A stretch of 62,712 nucleotides of DNA from a virus (IMGVR_UViG_3300032236_000245:1-62712); one strand, 5' to 3'; shown: positions 1 to 9,015, counted from the first letter of the stretch. A program made the numbers and translations. The notes: generated by a model from the letters alone, not told the origin.

Positions 1-66
1 CGTCAGACGGGTCGGCGGACCCACAATTTGCAGAGTTAAGAAATCCGGGGGTACCGGTTGAGCCGC
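1..66. repeat. Terminal direct repeat (circular assembly overlap), copy 1
   Basis: 1-66 is identical to 62647-62712 (cgtcagacgg...gttgagccgc). Confidence 0.97.
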
Positions 67-1029
67 AACTCGTGTAATGGGGTTCGGCAGATCCACCGGA
101 CGGAACGGGGCTAGGACCGGCGCTACCTGTCCAAGAGTATTGTTCCGGCCTACATCCTGTTGCGCGGCGACGCGTACAACCGGTGGAGTGATATCCACAG
201 GGCGGAACGGCGGCAGCGGGGCGGCGACTTGTCCAAGAGTATTGTTACGTCCAGCGTCTTGCTGCGCGGCAAGGCGAGTAACGGGGTTAGGCCAATCCGT
301 CAGCTTTGTCGGTGGTCCGACAATTTGAACCATCAAGAAGTCTGGCGGTATCGGTTGAGCCGCTAGACGAGTGACAGGGTTTGGTAGATCAACCGGCCTA
401 AACGGTGGCGGGGCGACTTGCCTGATAGTGTTATTTGTACCCGCATCCCGCTGCGGGTAAACACGCGTAGTCGGGTTCGGTTGATCCGGAACCTTAAACG
501 GTGCGGCGACAGGAGCTACCTGTCCAATAGTATTGTTTCGGCCTACGTCCTGTTGTGTCGGTAAGCGCGTAATCGGGTTCGGTTGATCTGGAACCTTAAA
601 CGGCGCAGTAACGACCGCCGCCACCTGACGGATCGTATTGTTGAACCCAACGTCATGTTGAATGGCGGGGCGCGTGACCGGATTCGGTAGATTGACCGGC
701 TTAAACGGCGCGGTACCTGCAATGATTCCGAGAGTTAATACCGAGCCTACAAACGTATGTATCCAACCGGGATACTTGGCGGGGTTCGGATTCGGCCAAT
801 CCGTTTTTCGAGATGGCTCGCCAACGACTCGTACACGCAAAAAGTCTGGTTGAACGGGCTGTGCGGCCCGCCGAACAATAGGGTTAGGAAGATCAGGTGG
901 GCTAAATGGTCCTGCGCCTAACGGCAACGAAGCGGTGGTGACAGTAGAGAACGGCGGCGAACTAAATACGCTTCCGTCGAATACTGATCCAACGCTAAGT
1001 GTTACCCCCGCTGACGGTATAAACGCCAT
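1..1029 (-). CDS. 5' part of a ~620-aa Pro-rich repeat virion protein that continues across the circular junction into 62646..61813
   Basis: ATG at 1029 overlaps the TAA of the upstream gene (TAATG). Hand translation gives 343 stop-free codons (MAFIPSAGVTLSV...GPPTRLT) in frame with the ORF at 61813..62670. Not in the ORF track because it runs off the edge. Confidence 0.88.
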   Translation of the reverse strand, partial: MAFIPSAGVTLSVGSVFDGSVFSSPPFSTVTTASLPLGAGPFSPPDLPNPIVRRAAQPVQPDFLRVRVVGEPSRKTDWPNPNPAKYPGWIHTFVGSVLTLGIIAGTAPFKPVNLPNPVTRPAIQHDVGFNNTIRQVAAVVTAPFKVPDQPNPITRLPTQQDVGRNNTIGQVAPVAAPFKVPDQPNPTTRVYPQRDAGTNNTIRQVAPPPFRPVDLPNPVTRLAAQPIPPDFLMVQIVGPPTKLTDWPNPVTRLAAQQDAGRNNTLGQVAAPLPPFRPVDITPPVVRVAAQQDVGRNNTLGQVAPVLAPFRPVDLPNPITRVAAQPVPPDFLTLQIVGPPTRLT

Positions 1030-2144
1030 TAGTCATCGTCGCTCGCAATCACGCGGTACTGATTGCCGTTATCTGTTGCGAGAAGGTATGGCGTTGTATA
1101 CGTCGAGCCAGTCGCGCCAACAATATCGTTCCAAGTCGTGCCACCATCTGTGGATAATTGCCACTGATAGGCAATCGCACCTACGCCCGGAGTTGCCGCA
1201 GCGGTAAATGTCGCTTGTTGGTTGATACGAACACCGTTGCTCTGCGGGGCAGTATTGATCGCAATCGGCGTAGTCGCGCCGGGGAGATACGCGGTTGCCA
1301 ATGTGATGTAGGTGATCGTCACGCCGCCAGACGGAATTGTTGAACTCCAACGGTATTGGTCGCCCGATCCGGGGCCGGGAAACGTCGCCACGACAAATGC
1401 TAGGTCTGTTCCGGGTGTAGTCCATGTGCTGCGAGAATCACGCGCCGTACCGTAGTTGCCCGTGCCGCCACCTACTTTAGGCTGCGGAGTAACCAACGTA
1501 TCCGTCGGTGGCAAACCTGTACCCGTATCAATTGCGGTGACGGTCATAAAGCCAAACACAAGCAGATCGCTGCCGCTTGTCACCGTCGCTTGAGTCGTAC
1601 CCCACGCAGTATTCGGCACGTTAGGAACTGTGATGGCCGATTGATTAGACGTTGGCGTACCGTCAACAGGCGAGGCGTTCTTGATGCCGCTTGCTAGTAC
1701 GACCGTTGCATGGCCGTTGAACTGCGTCGTTGGGTACGTCGTTGTGTCGTAGATGTACGCAAGATCAAACGTAGCAGCATTGGGAATAACAGCGTCAAGA
1801 TCCGATTGCGTATAGAACGTGCCATTGGGAGCAACTGCGGCTCCATTGAGAGGAATAGACCACGTTGCCATGTAGCAATCGTTGTAGATGATCTCTTTAT
1901 CTGGCGCTCCCGCACCGCTCAAAATAACTGAAGATGCAGTAACCAAAAAATACAATGCGCTGACAGGAGCCGTGGTCAGGTTCACGCTTGTGTTCGTGCT
2001 GAAGTCAACGCCACGGATCATCAACGTGACAAGCAAAACGTCACAGATAGCAGGAGTAATTGTAATAACACCCGTAGTCGTGTCATTAGCCTCACCCGCC
2101 GTCCGTTGGAAGTCATTGGACGTTGTTTGCTTGATGGTTGCCAT
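1029..2144 (-). CDS. Virion protein with C-terminal Ig-like domain
   Basis: 371 aa, Thr-rich; C-terminal ATFTAAA..YQWQLSTDGGTTW..GATGSTYT..DNGNQYRV is an I-set-like Ig pattern. Confidence 0.75.
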   Translation of the reverse strand: MATIKQTTSNDFQRTAGEANDTTTGVITITPAICDVLLVTLMIRGVDFSTNTSVNLTTAPVSALYFLVTASSVILSGAGAPDKEIIYNDCYMATWSIPLNGAAVAPNGTFYTQSDLDAVIPNAATFDLAYIYDTTTYPTTQFNGHATVVLASGIKNASPVDGTPTSNQSAITVPNVPNTAWGTTQATVTSGSDLLVFGFMTVTAIDTGTGLPPTDTLVTPQPKVGGGTGNYGTARDSRSTWTTPGTDLAFVVATFPGPGSGDQYRWSSTIPSGGVTITYITLATAYLPGATTPIAINTAPQSNGVRINQQATFTAAATPGVGAIAYQWQLSTDGGTTWNDIVGATGSTYTTPYLLATDNGNQYRVIASDDD

Positions 2145-3115
2145 TAGCGTTGCGACTCTATATAGACATTGGGAATCCCAATTCCAGTAGTCGTAACGGT
2201 GGTGTTTGCCGTACCGTTACTCATCGTGATCTGCGGCCCCATAAATGCGGTATTAGTCGGTAGTGTTGCCGTGGTGCTAGTGTCAGTCAAAGTCGTACCG
2301 GCGTTGATATCATCCAGACGGTAGTACAACGTAGTCGAGTTCGGCGGCGCGTACATATAGAAGTCAAACGCCTGACCCGCTGCTAATGCCGTGGTTAACG
2401 TGATGTTGGTTGTGGTCGCGGTCGTGCCATTACGAGTTACAAACTTCAGCACGGTCGCAGCGTCTGTCGTGATGTGCGACAGGCCACACAAGTTACCGGC
2501 ATAAGTATCCGATGTAACCACAGCGGTTGACTGATCGCTCAAGCCAACAAACAAACGAACCGTAGCAGCGGGCCATAGTTCTATGATGAATCTTGAATAG
2601 AAAAAGAACCCGCCCAAACCGGCAGCGTTACCCAACCAAAATGATGGTACGCCGGTCGCCATTGCCGTAATACCAATAACTTGATTGGTCGTAGTTGCAG
2701 CATTGACAAAACGGGTGCGATACATCTGATTGACAACAGCGGGAGCCGTTGTCGCGGGGGTTGGGTGATTGATCTGTCCTACCGCTTGCGCTGTTACCCA
2801 AGACGTTCCCAAGTTAAGACCGATAGTCGTGCCGTTGTTCGGCATATACATGACAACGTGACGCCCAAACAGCGAAGGCTGCATGGACGTAATCAAGCCG
2901 TTGGCGTCTAATTGTGAGAAGAGTGTACGGTTTGCAACTAGGCGGTTGTAACCGACAATGTTTCCCGCTGAAGGCGTCGTAAGGGTACCTGTACCCGTAG
3001 AAGCTAGCGTCATCCCGGCATTGTCAATCGTATGATCAGCGTTCCAAGCGGTGACGCTGATCTGAGATCCGGGAGTGTCAGTACCTGTGGCGGGGGTTGA
3101 ATGTTTTAATGTCAT
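2144..3115 (-). CDS. Putative tail fibre/spike protein
   Basis: 323 aa, T/A/G-rich beta-type composition, in the structural operon. Confidence 0.6.
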   Translation of the reverse strand: MTLKHSTPATGTDTPGSQISVTAWNADHTIDNAGMTLASTGTGTLTTPSAGNIVGYNRLVANRTLFSQLDANGLITSMQPSLFGRHVVMYMPNNGTTIGLNLGTSWVTAQAVGQINHPTPATTAPAVVNQMYRTRFVNAATTTNQVIGITAMATGVPSFWLGNAAGLGGFFFYSRFIIELWPAATVRLFVGLSDQSTAVVTSDTYAGNLCGLSHITTDAATVLKFVTRNGTTATTTNITLTTALAAGQAFDFYMYAPPNSTTLYYRLDDINAGTTLTDTSTTATLPTNTAFMGPQITMSNGTANTTVTTTGIGIPNVYIESQR

Positions 3116-3130
3116 GCCGCCACTCCAAAG

Positions 3131-3163
3131 AAAGAATCAGGGGCCGAGTGTTACCCCGGCCCC
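3131..3163 (-). terminator. Probable intrinsic terminator
   Basis: Minus strand GGGGCCGGG-GTAACA-CTCGGCCCC followed by TGATTCTTT, just after the 3173..3694 stop. Confidence 0.6.
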
Positions 3164-3172
3164 ATACAAACA

Positions 3173-3694
3173 TCAGACAACTTCGTACAGGAAGTGGCCC
3201 GACGTGACCGGCGCAGTTGCCGCCGTAATTGCAGATACAGACAACTCAGCCAAAGGCTGCGTGACGGTCGCAATCGTAATCGCCTGATCAGGCGACGCCA
3301 CCCAACGAACGATGCCGCCGTACGCGTTGAACGACAAGTGGAGCAGGTGCAACGCTGACGAACGCTGTGGCTGCGTCGATGCCGTAGCAAACGAGTTCGG
3401 AACGTTAGTGGACACCGGAGCCGACGCCGTAGCATCCGTCAGAGCCTGACGAACACCGCTAGTGTTGAGGGTAGGCGTAACAGCGATAGTCGAGTGACGT
3501 GCAACCACAATCGCCGCCGGAGCGGACGCACCGGATTCACCACCGATATAGACTTCAGATACTTTGATCATAGCCGACGCCGGAGCAATGCTTGCGTTGT
3601 TTCCAATCGCGCAATACGTCAAGGTCGTGAATGCAGTCGTGTCAGCGTTAGCGGACATCGTGAGCGACTGCCAGTTGGTAGAATACTTAGCCAT
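3173..3694 (-). CDS. Putative abundant structural protein
   Basis: 173 aa, strong AAGGAG RBS, A/T/S-rich, followed by a hairpin terminator. Confidence 0.65.
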   Translation of the reverse strand: MAKYSTNWQSLTMSANADTTAFTTLTYCAIGNNASIAPASAMIKVSEVYIGGESGASAPAAIVVARHSTIAVTPTLNTSGVRQALTDATASAPVSTNVPNSFATASTQPQRSSALHLLHLSFNAYGGIVRWVASPDQAITIATVTQPLAELSVSAITAATAPVTSGHFLYEVV

Positions 3695-3705
3695 TGCGAT
3701 ACTCC

Positions 3706-4050
3706 TTAAAAGGGAAGAATAATTGATCTGCCGTGTTCAGCGGCGTTCATAGCCTCATCAACGACTTGCTTAAACGTTTTGCACGGCAAGCCGTGTTTCT
3801 TTTTTTCGCCGCATCCGTCACAGATATAACTGTCGCAAGCACGGCAGTATTCGCGTTCACGAGTACGTTGCGGGTTCATAACTACAACATACTGACAATG
3901 CGAACAAGTATAAGTCGGGGTTTCAAATAGCCCTTTACTCGCGCCTACCGGTAGCCCAGAAGCGCGTAGCATCTCCTCGGGTGTTGGCATATGCCCTGCC
4001 CGATTGTCGATCATCAAGTAGCCTTCTTTCGACCGCTTGCTGTTAGCCAT
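3706..4050 (-). CDS. Cys-rich zinc-finger protein
   Basis: Start moved to MANSKRS (GAGGGG RBS); CSHC, CRAC, CDGC motifs. Confidence 0.7.
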   Translation of the reverse strand: MANSKRSKEGYLMIDNRAGHMPTPEEMLRASGLPVGASKGLFETPTYTCSHCQYVVVMNPQRTREREYCRACDSYICDGCGEKKKHGLPCKTFKQVVDEAMNAAEHGRSIILPF

Positions 4051-4058
4051 AGACCCCT

Positions 4059-4508
4059 CTATGCGATTTGAACGATTGCAGCGCCCGAGCCAGCGACCGG
4101 GAACTGTACTGTGAAGGTACCGGACGAAACCGTTTTGGTACCGCCAAAATTCAATACAGCGACAGAATGACCTGTCGTTGCGTTGTAGATCAACGCACCA
4201 TCTGCGCTGAACGAAGCGCCAGTCCAAACGGCATTGGCGAAGTTGATGAACGCTGTCGTAGTCGGCGTACCGCTAGAGGATGGCACCTGACTGATGGTTA
4301 ACGTCTGACCAGTTTGCGTGTAGCCCCCAGCCGTTAACAACTCTCCTGCTGAGGTATATACCGTCGTGGTCGCATCTAGCGACGCGCCATTGGCAATGGA
4401 GTAGAGGGCGATCTTGTACGTGTAAGGCGTACCCGCTGCGAAGTTCACGACTCCGCTGAGGCAGTCCACCTTGAATGAGGTGGTCATACATTGGGTAATA
4501 CCGCTCAT
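4059..4508 (-). CDS. Conserved phage virion protein
   Basis: 149 aa, MSGITQCMTTSFK..YKIALY..GALIYN..FGG pattern typical of this phage group. Confidence 0.7.
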   Translation of the reverse strand: MSGITQCMTTSFKVDCLSGVVNFAAGTPYTYKIALYSIANGASLDATTTVYTSAGELLTAGGYTQTGQTLTISQVPSSSGTPTTTAFINFANAVWTGASFSADGALIYNATTGHSVAVLNFGGTKTVSSGTFTVQFPVAGSGAAIVQIA

Positions 4509-5149
4509 TGTACTGGCACCCTAACTTGTCCGTCTCGGTAAGCATCGCGACGATTCTTGCCATCGCCAAGTTGTTTAAGCAGACCCATGCCTTCCTGATA
4601 TTTCTGCTCGTAGTTCTGGATGATATCCGCTTCACCCTTCATGAACAGGTAGGCTTCACGCAGCGCACCATAGAGAAGGACTTCAGCAAAGTTGTTACCC
4701 AACCACGACGTACCCGCTGTCACGATGGATTCTGGGTAGTAGTAATAGTGCAACTCTACTGCATAAGACGCATCGGGCGTAGGTCCTAAAATCAAAGTAT
4801 TTACATCGAATTGAGCATAGTACGCGGGCGTGCCGGACGCAGAAGGTACAGGAAAAGATTCACGGATAAAGTTCACGTCTTTGTCGAGCAAGAACGTTTG
4901 GGCTTGAGTCGTCGGGTCGATCACTGTCAACGAGAACGTCGCCAACCAGTCCGTAGGTAGCGTGAGGTATTTATTGCCCACGGTCATGATGCCGGTTTGA
5001 TTCTTCCGAATCGCCGGGATCTGAACTGAGTTGTAGACCCGCTCTTCCGCAAGTTGCACGAAGTTCGGGATGTTACTCACGAACGTCGGTTCCGTATTCT
5101 GGGTGTAGTCCTGAATCGTTTGCTTCAGAGCAGTGTAGGACAGGTTCAC
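4505..5149 (-). CDS. Head-tail adaptor / tail tubular protein A-like
   Basis: 214 aa, YTALKQTIQDY..LGPTPD..LLYGAL pattern; synteny. Confidence 0.65.
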   Translation of the reverse strand: MNLSYTALKQTIQDYTQNTEPTFVSNIPNFVQLAEERVYNSVQIPAIRKNQTGIMTVGNKYLTLPTDWLATFSLTVIDPTTQAQTFLLDKDVNFIRESFPVPSASGTPAYYAQFDVNTLILGPTPDASYAVELHYYYYPESIVTAGTSWLGNNFAEVLLYGALREAYLFMKGEADIIQNYEQKYQEGMGLLKQLGDGKNRRDAYRDGQVRVPVQ

Positions 5150-5152
5150 GGT

Positions 5153-5431
5153 TTAGCCCTTCGTCTTGACCGGATCACGATCTTCAGCATCCGAATAGAA
5201 CTTGCGACCGCGCTCGGCAGCGCCGTATCCCCGCATATCAATGCGGTTCTTCGGCTTGCCATACGGGTCGATAAACCGGCCCTTGGACTTGGTACCCGTC
5301 AGGTTCATCTCGTCCTGCGGATAGCCCTGCATGGTCGGGTTATCGTTCGACTGCGGCTGCTTGTACTTACCGATGGGATCTTCATCCCACCCGTACCAAG
5401 AAAACTTGTCGTTCTTGTTGTGGTTAGCCAC
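5153..5431 (-). CDS. Hypothetical protein
   Basis: 92 aa, C-terminal MRGYGAAERG motif; fills the operon. Confidence 0.65.
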   Translation of the reverse strand: MANHNKNDKFSWYGWDEDPIGKYKQPQSNDNPTMQGYPQDEMNLTGTKSKGRFIDPYGKPKNRIDMRGYGAAERGRKFYSDAEDRDPVKTKG

Positions 5432-5549
5432 GGCCCTTACCCTTCTTCTGGTTCATCACACGGGACATGTTACGCCCGTACTTCTTACGATCCAACGAGG
5501 ACGGACCACCGTTGGAATGCTTCTCTTCGCCGTGAGTCTTCTTAGTCAT
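5424..5549 (-). CDS. Small basic hypothetical protein (41 aa)
   Basis: Hand translation MTKKTHGEEKHSNGGPSSLDRKKYGRNMSRVMNQKKGKGRG; AGGAG RBS. Confidence 0.65.
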   Translation of the reverse strand: MTKKTHGEEKHSNGGPSSLDRKKYGRNMSRVMNQKKGKGRG

Positions 5550-5558
5550 CTACATCTC

Positions 5559-5921
5559 CTACGAAATCGTAACAGTAACTTGACCGACACTGCCCACCCC
5601 AACCAACGCATTAGGCGTCTCAGGAAGGAATGCTGTGTTGTAACCAACGGGGTTCCAGCCCCACTGATAAATTCGGCTACCCACGATTGGCTCGTAGTAG
5701 CTTGTATCTGGGCGCGGGTCACGCACCGCCTGTGGGTCATTGACGGGATAAAGCCCCAGTTGCAACTGAGGCTGATCAGGCTCCCAACACGTCGAACACA
5801 CTTTGATGTTGACGTTTTTGGTCTTGATGACGAGGTTCTTGAGTTCCGTCAGTTTGTAACGGAACCCACAGCGGTCACATTCCGCAATCGAATTTCGTGC
5901 TGACGCCCAACGACTAGTCAT
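5559..5921 (-). CDS. Conserved zinc-ribbon protein
   Basis: 120 aa, CDRCGF...VCSTCWE..DPQAVRDPRPD. Confidence 0.75.
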   Translation of the reverse strand: MTSRWASARNSIAECDRCGFRYKLTELKNLVIKTKNVNIKVCSTCWEPDQPQLQLGLYPVNDPQAVRDPRPDTSYYEPIVGSRIYQWGWNPVGYNTAFLPETPNALVGVGSVGQVTVTIS

Positions 5922-5924
5922 ACA

Positions 5925-6644
5925 TCACCGCAAAAACGTTTCACGTGGAACGAATCGAATCGCAGCCTTTTCGCGGTCTTCGTCCGCTGCTCGCTGCCAT
6001 TCTTCTTCGTACACCAGTTTAAGTGCAGGGGACCGTGCATCGGCTCCGGGGAGTTTCATAGACAAATAATACGACAGACCGGCCACCAAAACAGGTAAGA
6101 ACCTAAACGGGATGTCCTGACCATTGATGCCGTTCCCGGCGTCCTGCATCCGCTTCAGTCTGGTATATACGAAGGTATATACCGTGCTGTTGTCCGGGGC
6201 GGGCCAGACTGTGATCGTCGGGTTTACCGTCGATCCCGTGGCGCTCGTGGCTCCCGACAAACGGTTAATCCACACCTGAATAGGACGTCCTGTAGCGTTT
6301 TTATTTGGGATAGATAAATAGGTCGAGCTGGAGATTCGTGTAATGTTGATGTCGATCTGCGTAGTACCCGAACCGGTACGTACCACGTGATCTAACAGAT
6401 CTACAGTGTCTACAGGAAGGGTGTACGTTGCGGTACCGGGAGACATCGTGATCGTACCCGTGTCTAACGTCCACAGGTTGATGCCCCGGTTGGCCCATTC
6501 AGCCAGCATCAGATTCAGACTACGCCTCGCCGTGCGTAGGTCATAGCCCGAGCGAAGCTCTGCTCCGCACCGCTCAAAAGCCTCTTCAACAATGTCGTTG
6601 AGGTTTAAGTTGAACGTATCTGTGCCGCTGAGATTGTAGGTCAT
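5925..6644 (-). CDS. Head-tail connector / tail tubular protein-like
   Basis: Start at MTYNLS (TAATG overlap); IVEEAFERCG..ARRSLNL..WANRGINLW pattern. Confidence 0.7.
   Translation of the reverse strand: MTYNLSGTDTFNLNLNDIVEEAFERCGAELRSGYDLRTARRSLNLMLAEWANRGINLWTLDTGTITMSPGTATYTLPVDTVDLLDHVVRTGSGTTQIDINITRISSSTYLSIPNKNATGRPIQVWINRLSGATSATGSTVNPTITVWPAPDNSTVYTFVYTRLKRMQDAGNGINGQDIPFRFLPVLVAGLSYYLSMKLPGADARSPALKLVYEEEWQRAADEDREKAAIRFVPRETFLR
5937..5952. promoter_or_regulatory. parS-like site inside a coding sequence
   Basis: CGTTTCACGTGGAACG, near-palindrome matching the parS consensus core; encodes VPRET. Confidence 0.45.
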
Positions 6645-7000
6645 TAGCAGTTCCACGCCCTAAGGGACTTATTGATCCGACTATTCGGGTCGTTTGCCGT
6701 CTTGCTACTCGTCAGTTTACGCTTCATGCCCTTCATACGGGCGCAGAACGAATTTCGACGAGGACCACCTTCCGGTTGCGGGGCCTTTAGATGCGCCCCG
6801 TGAGCCTTGTTGTAGGATGCTCGACCCTTGGCGTTCAGCCCCCCATTAGGGTTCTGACCTTCCTTGCGGGTCCAAGCAAGCCCACCCTTAGCCATCTTGC
6901 CACCTGAACAAGCCTTCACGGGGGCATGGGACGTCTTCCCCGACTGAGGGGAGGGGACCTTTCTAGGGTTGATCGCACCCATGCCCCGTGAAGCCTTCAT
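6644..7000 (-). CDS. Small basic protein (DUF6321-like)
   Basis: AWTRKEGQNPNGGLNAKGRASY..RRNSFCARMKG..SLRAWNC. Confidence 0.7.
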   Translation of the reverse strand: MKASRGMGAINPRKVPSPQSGKTSHAPVKACSGGKMAKGGLAWTRKEGQNPNGGLNAKGRASYNKAHGAHLKAPQPEGGPRRNSFCARMKGMKRKLTSSKTANDPNSRINKSLRAWNC

Positions 7001-8373
7001 CAGCAGAACCGTCCGCGAGTCTTGCCCTTCGATTCGATTCCGCCGCCACGAGCCATCTTGACCATCTTGCCATCGGTTTTACCCTTGCGCTCGACGCCAC
7101 CGCCCTTCGCCATGCCGCAAGCCTTGCCGCCGCGCTTCATGCCCATAGCGCCCATAGCGCCCATAGCGCCTATGCCGCCGCCCATCGGAGCAGGGCCACC
7201 CGTCGGGGGTAACGCTTTAGGACGACGCGCTGCCTTTGGCTGCGCCATTTTCATCATTTTCGACATAGCACCACCACCTTTGAAGCCCATTTGTTTGTGT
7301 TCTTTAGACTCGTAATCTTTCATGGATTTAGGCGCACCCTTCAGCACTCGCTCTTCTTTCTTAGCGATAGCCTTGGTGTCCTTCTCCTTACCCGCAGCCT
7401 CACGACGTTCGTGAGCGGCAAGACCCTTCTCACCCTTCTTAGCGAAGTAGTTCGCTACGCGGTTTTCCATGCCACCCTTTTTCATACCGACCTTGCCGCC
7501 TTTCTTCATGTTGTCCATGAGAGAATCACCGGAATCTGAATCCGACTCCGACATCGGCGCAAACGTAGTTGCCGTACGCCCACCGGCTAAATTCGTAAGT
7601 TTTCTATTGGTCCCCAACTGAAGCCGACTAGATGTAGGAGCGTTGTTAAGGTCGTAAGTCGGATCACGCGATGGACCAATATTATTGGTCATGTCCCCGT
7701 GAATGCCGGGGCTTTTCATTGCACGGTTATCCGTGTTGACTTCATGAAACGTTTCATCACGACGGACTGCTTGCCTACCAGCAGCGGCATCTGAATCGCG
7801 TTGAGCATCAGTCTTCTTACGCGCCGCAGCTTCTTCAGCGGTTTCAGTCGTATAGGACTTACCCTTAAACATGAAAGTCTTCGGGTGCGACGAATCGTTT
7901 CTAGCAGCACGCCATGCTTTACCGAACTCAGATATTTTTCCGCCCTCCGCGAACTTTTTATTCTTCACGTGACCACCTTTTTTCATTCCTAAATTATTTA
8001 AGGGTTTTGGATAAGTCGTAGGATAAGGTACGTTTGCTTGTGACAAAGAGTTCGGCGGCGACGCGGACGCATTTTGCAACATACTCATAAATCCGGCGTT
8101 CGGGTTAGCGTAAGGAGTATTTACGCTAACCTTATTCTGTAACGCCGCGAGTTGATTTGGCGGTAAAGATTGCGCTGACACAGGAGTAGAAGCCGATCCA
8201 CGAGCGCCGAGTCCAATAGGCGTTCCACCCATTGCAAACTTCTTGCGTTTCATTTTGTCTGCCTCATGAAAATGTTTACCAACAGATTGTGGGATACCAA
8301 CCTTCTTAGCAAAGCCGGGGTTGTGCGCCACCGCTTCCATGAGGTTGTGTTGCTTCTTACTTACGCTTGGCAT
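7000..8373 (-). CDS. Basic low-complexity protein with repeated [FM]xxGG motifs (probable internal head protein)
   Basis: Start moved to MPSVSKKQHN; about nine MKKGG/FAEGG/MAKGG-type motifs. Confidence 0.75.
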   Translation of the reverse strand: MPSVSKKQHNLMEAVAHNPGFAKKVGIPQSVGKHFHEADKMKRKKFAMGGTPIGLGARGSASTPVSAQSLPPNQLAALQNKVSVNTPYANPNAGFMSMLQNASASPPNSLSQANVPYPTTYPKPLNNLGMKKGGHVKNKKFAEGGKISEFGKAWRAARNDSSHPKTFMFKGKSYTTETAEEAAARKKTDAQRDSDAAAGRQAVRRDETFHEVNTDNRAMKSPGIHGDMTNNIGPSRDPTYDLNNAPTSSRLQLGTNRKLTNLAGGRTATTFAPMSESDSDSGDSLMDNMKKGGKVGMKKGGMENRVANYFAKKGEKGLAAHERREAAGKEKDTKAIAKKEERVLKGAPKSMKDYESKEHKQMGFKGGGAMSKMMKMAQPKAARRPKALPPTGGPAPMGGGIGAMGAMGAMGMKRGGKACGMAKGGGVERKGKTDGKMVKMARGGGIESKGKTRGRFC

Positions 8374-8548
8374 GGTGCATCTTGCCAAGCGTCTTAGCGA
8401 GGTTCGCCTGTTTAGCAAGCTTCGGATTGCTGCTCTTCGCAGCCTTCGCCAACTTACTGGCGGGAATTTTCGTGCCAGCCGGAACCTTCAACGCCTTATG
8501 CAAAGCGCCGGGATTCTTGATGGCTTTCTGAATCCATTTTTCAGCCAT
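8357..8548 (-). CDS. Small basic phage protein
   Basis: 63 aa, WIQKAIKNPGALHKAL..LAKTL. Confidence 0.75.
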   Translation of the reverse strand: MAEKWIQKAIKNPGALHKALKVPAGTKIPASKLAKAAKSSNPKLAKQANLAKTLGKMHHAKRK

Positions 8549-8551
8549 GAC

Positions 8552-8863
8552 TTAGCTCCAAGGAGGTCCCATGAGAACGACAGCAGTGGCTTGCGACGTG
8601 ATGTTGTCAGCCAACGCTGCCTGAAGTTCCGGAGTAGACGGATCAGGGATCCACGTCAAAACGTGTTCCTGAGTCAGGTCCGGATACGGAGTGAAGTCAG
8701 CGGGATCGACCGGACCCACCGGACTCGTGCCGCCGCCTTGCGCGGAATAGGTGCCATCCGTCGCCAACACTTGCCAGTTAATCGAGGTGACTACATCGTC
8801 GTAGCCGTCCAACGATTTCGCGACAAGCATCGAATTCACGATGGTCGTATACGTAACGCTCAT
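8552..8863 (-). CDS. Tail-fibre-associated protein
   Basis: 103 aa, DFTPYPDLTQEHVLTW..PPW pattern, downstream of a fibre gene. Confidence 0.7.
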   Translation of the reverse strand: MSVTYTTIVNSMLVAKSLDGYDDVVTSINWQVLATDGTYSAQGGGTSPVGPVDPADFTPYPDLTQEHVLTWIPDPSTPELQAALADNITSQATAVVLMGPPWS

Positions 8864-9015
8864 TCTGCCGCCTTCGCCGCTTCTTGAGCAGCTGCCTGAA
8901 TTTTCTTGGACAAGACAACGGCCGCTTCCGCCGAACCCAGACCCGTAGCCTTAAGGCCAAGGTCGATGAAGTTCAAAAGTGCCGTTGCTTCTTCAGTCGA
9001 AAGTTCCAGAGTCAT
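8860..9015 (-). CDS. Small helical protein (51 aa)
   Basis: Hand translation MTLELSTEEATALLNFIDLGLKATGLGSAEAAVVLSKKIQ...; GAGGTAGGGG RBS; ATGA overlap with the next gene. Confidence 0.7.
   Translation of the reverse strand: MTLELSTEEATALLNFIDLGLKATGLGSAEAAVVLSKKIQAAAQEAAKAAE

Noticed and set aside
1-66. Biological terminal repeat of a T7-like genome
   Set aside because: It lies mid-gene with the frame preserved after removing one copy, so an assembler overlap is more likely
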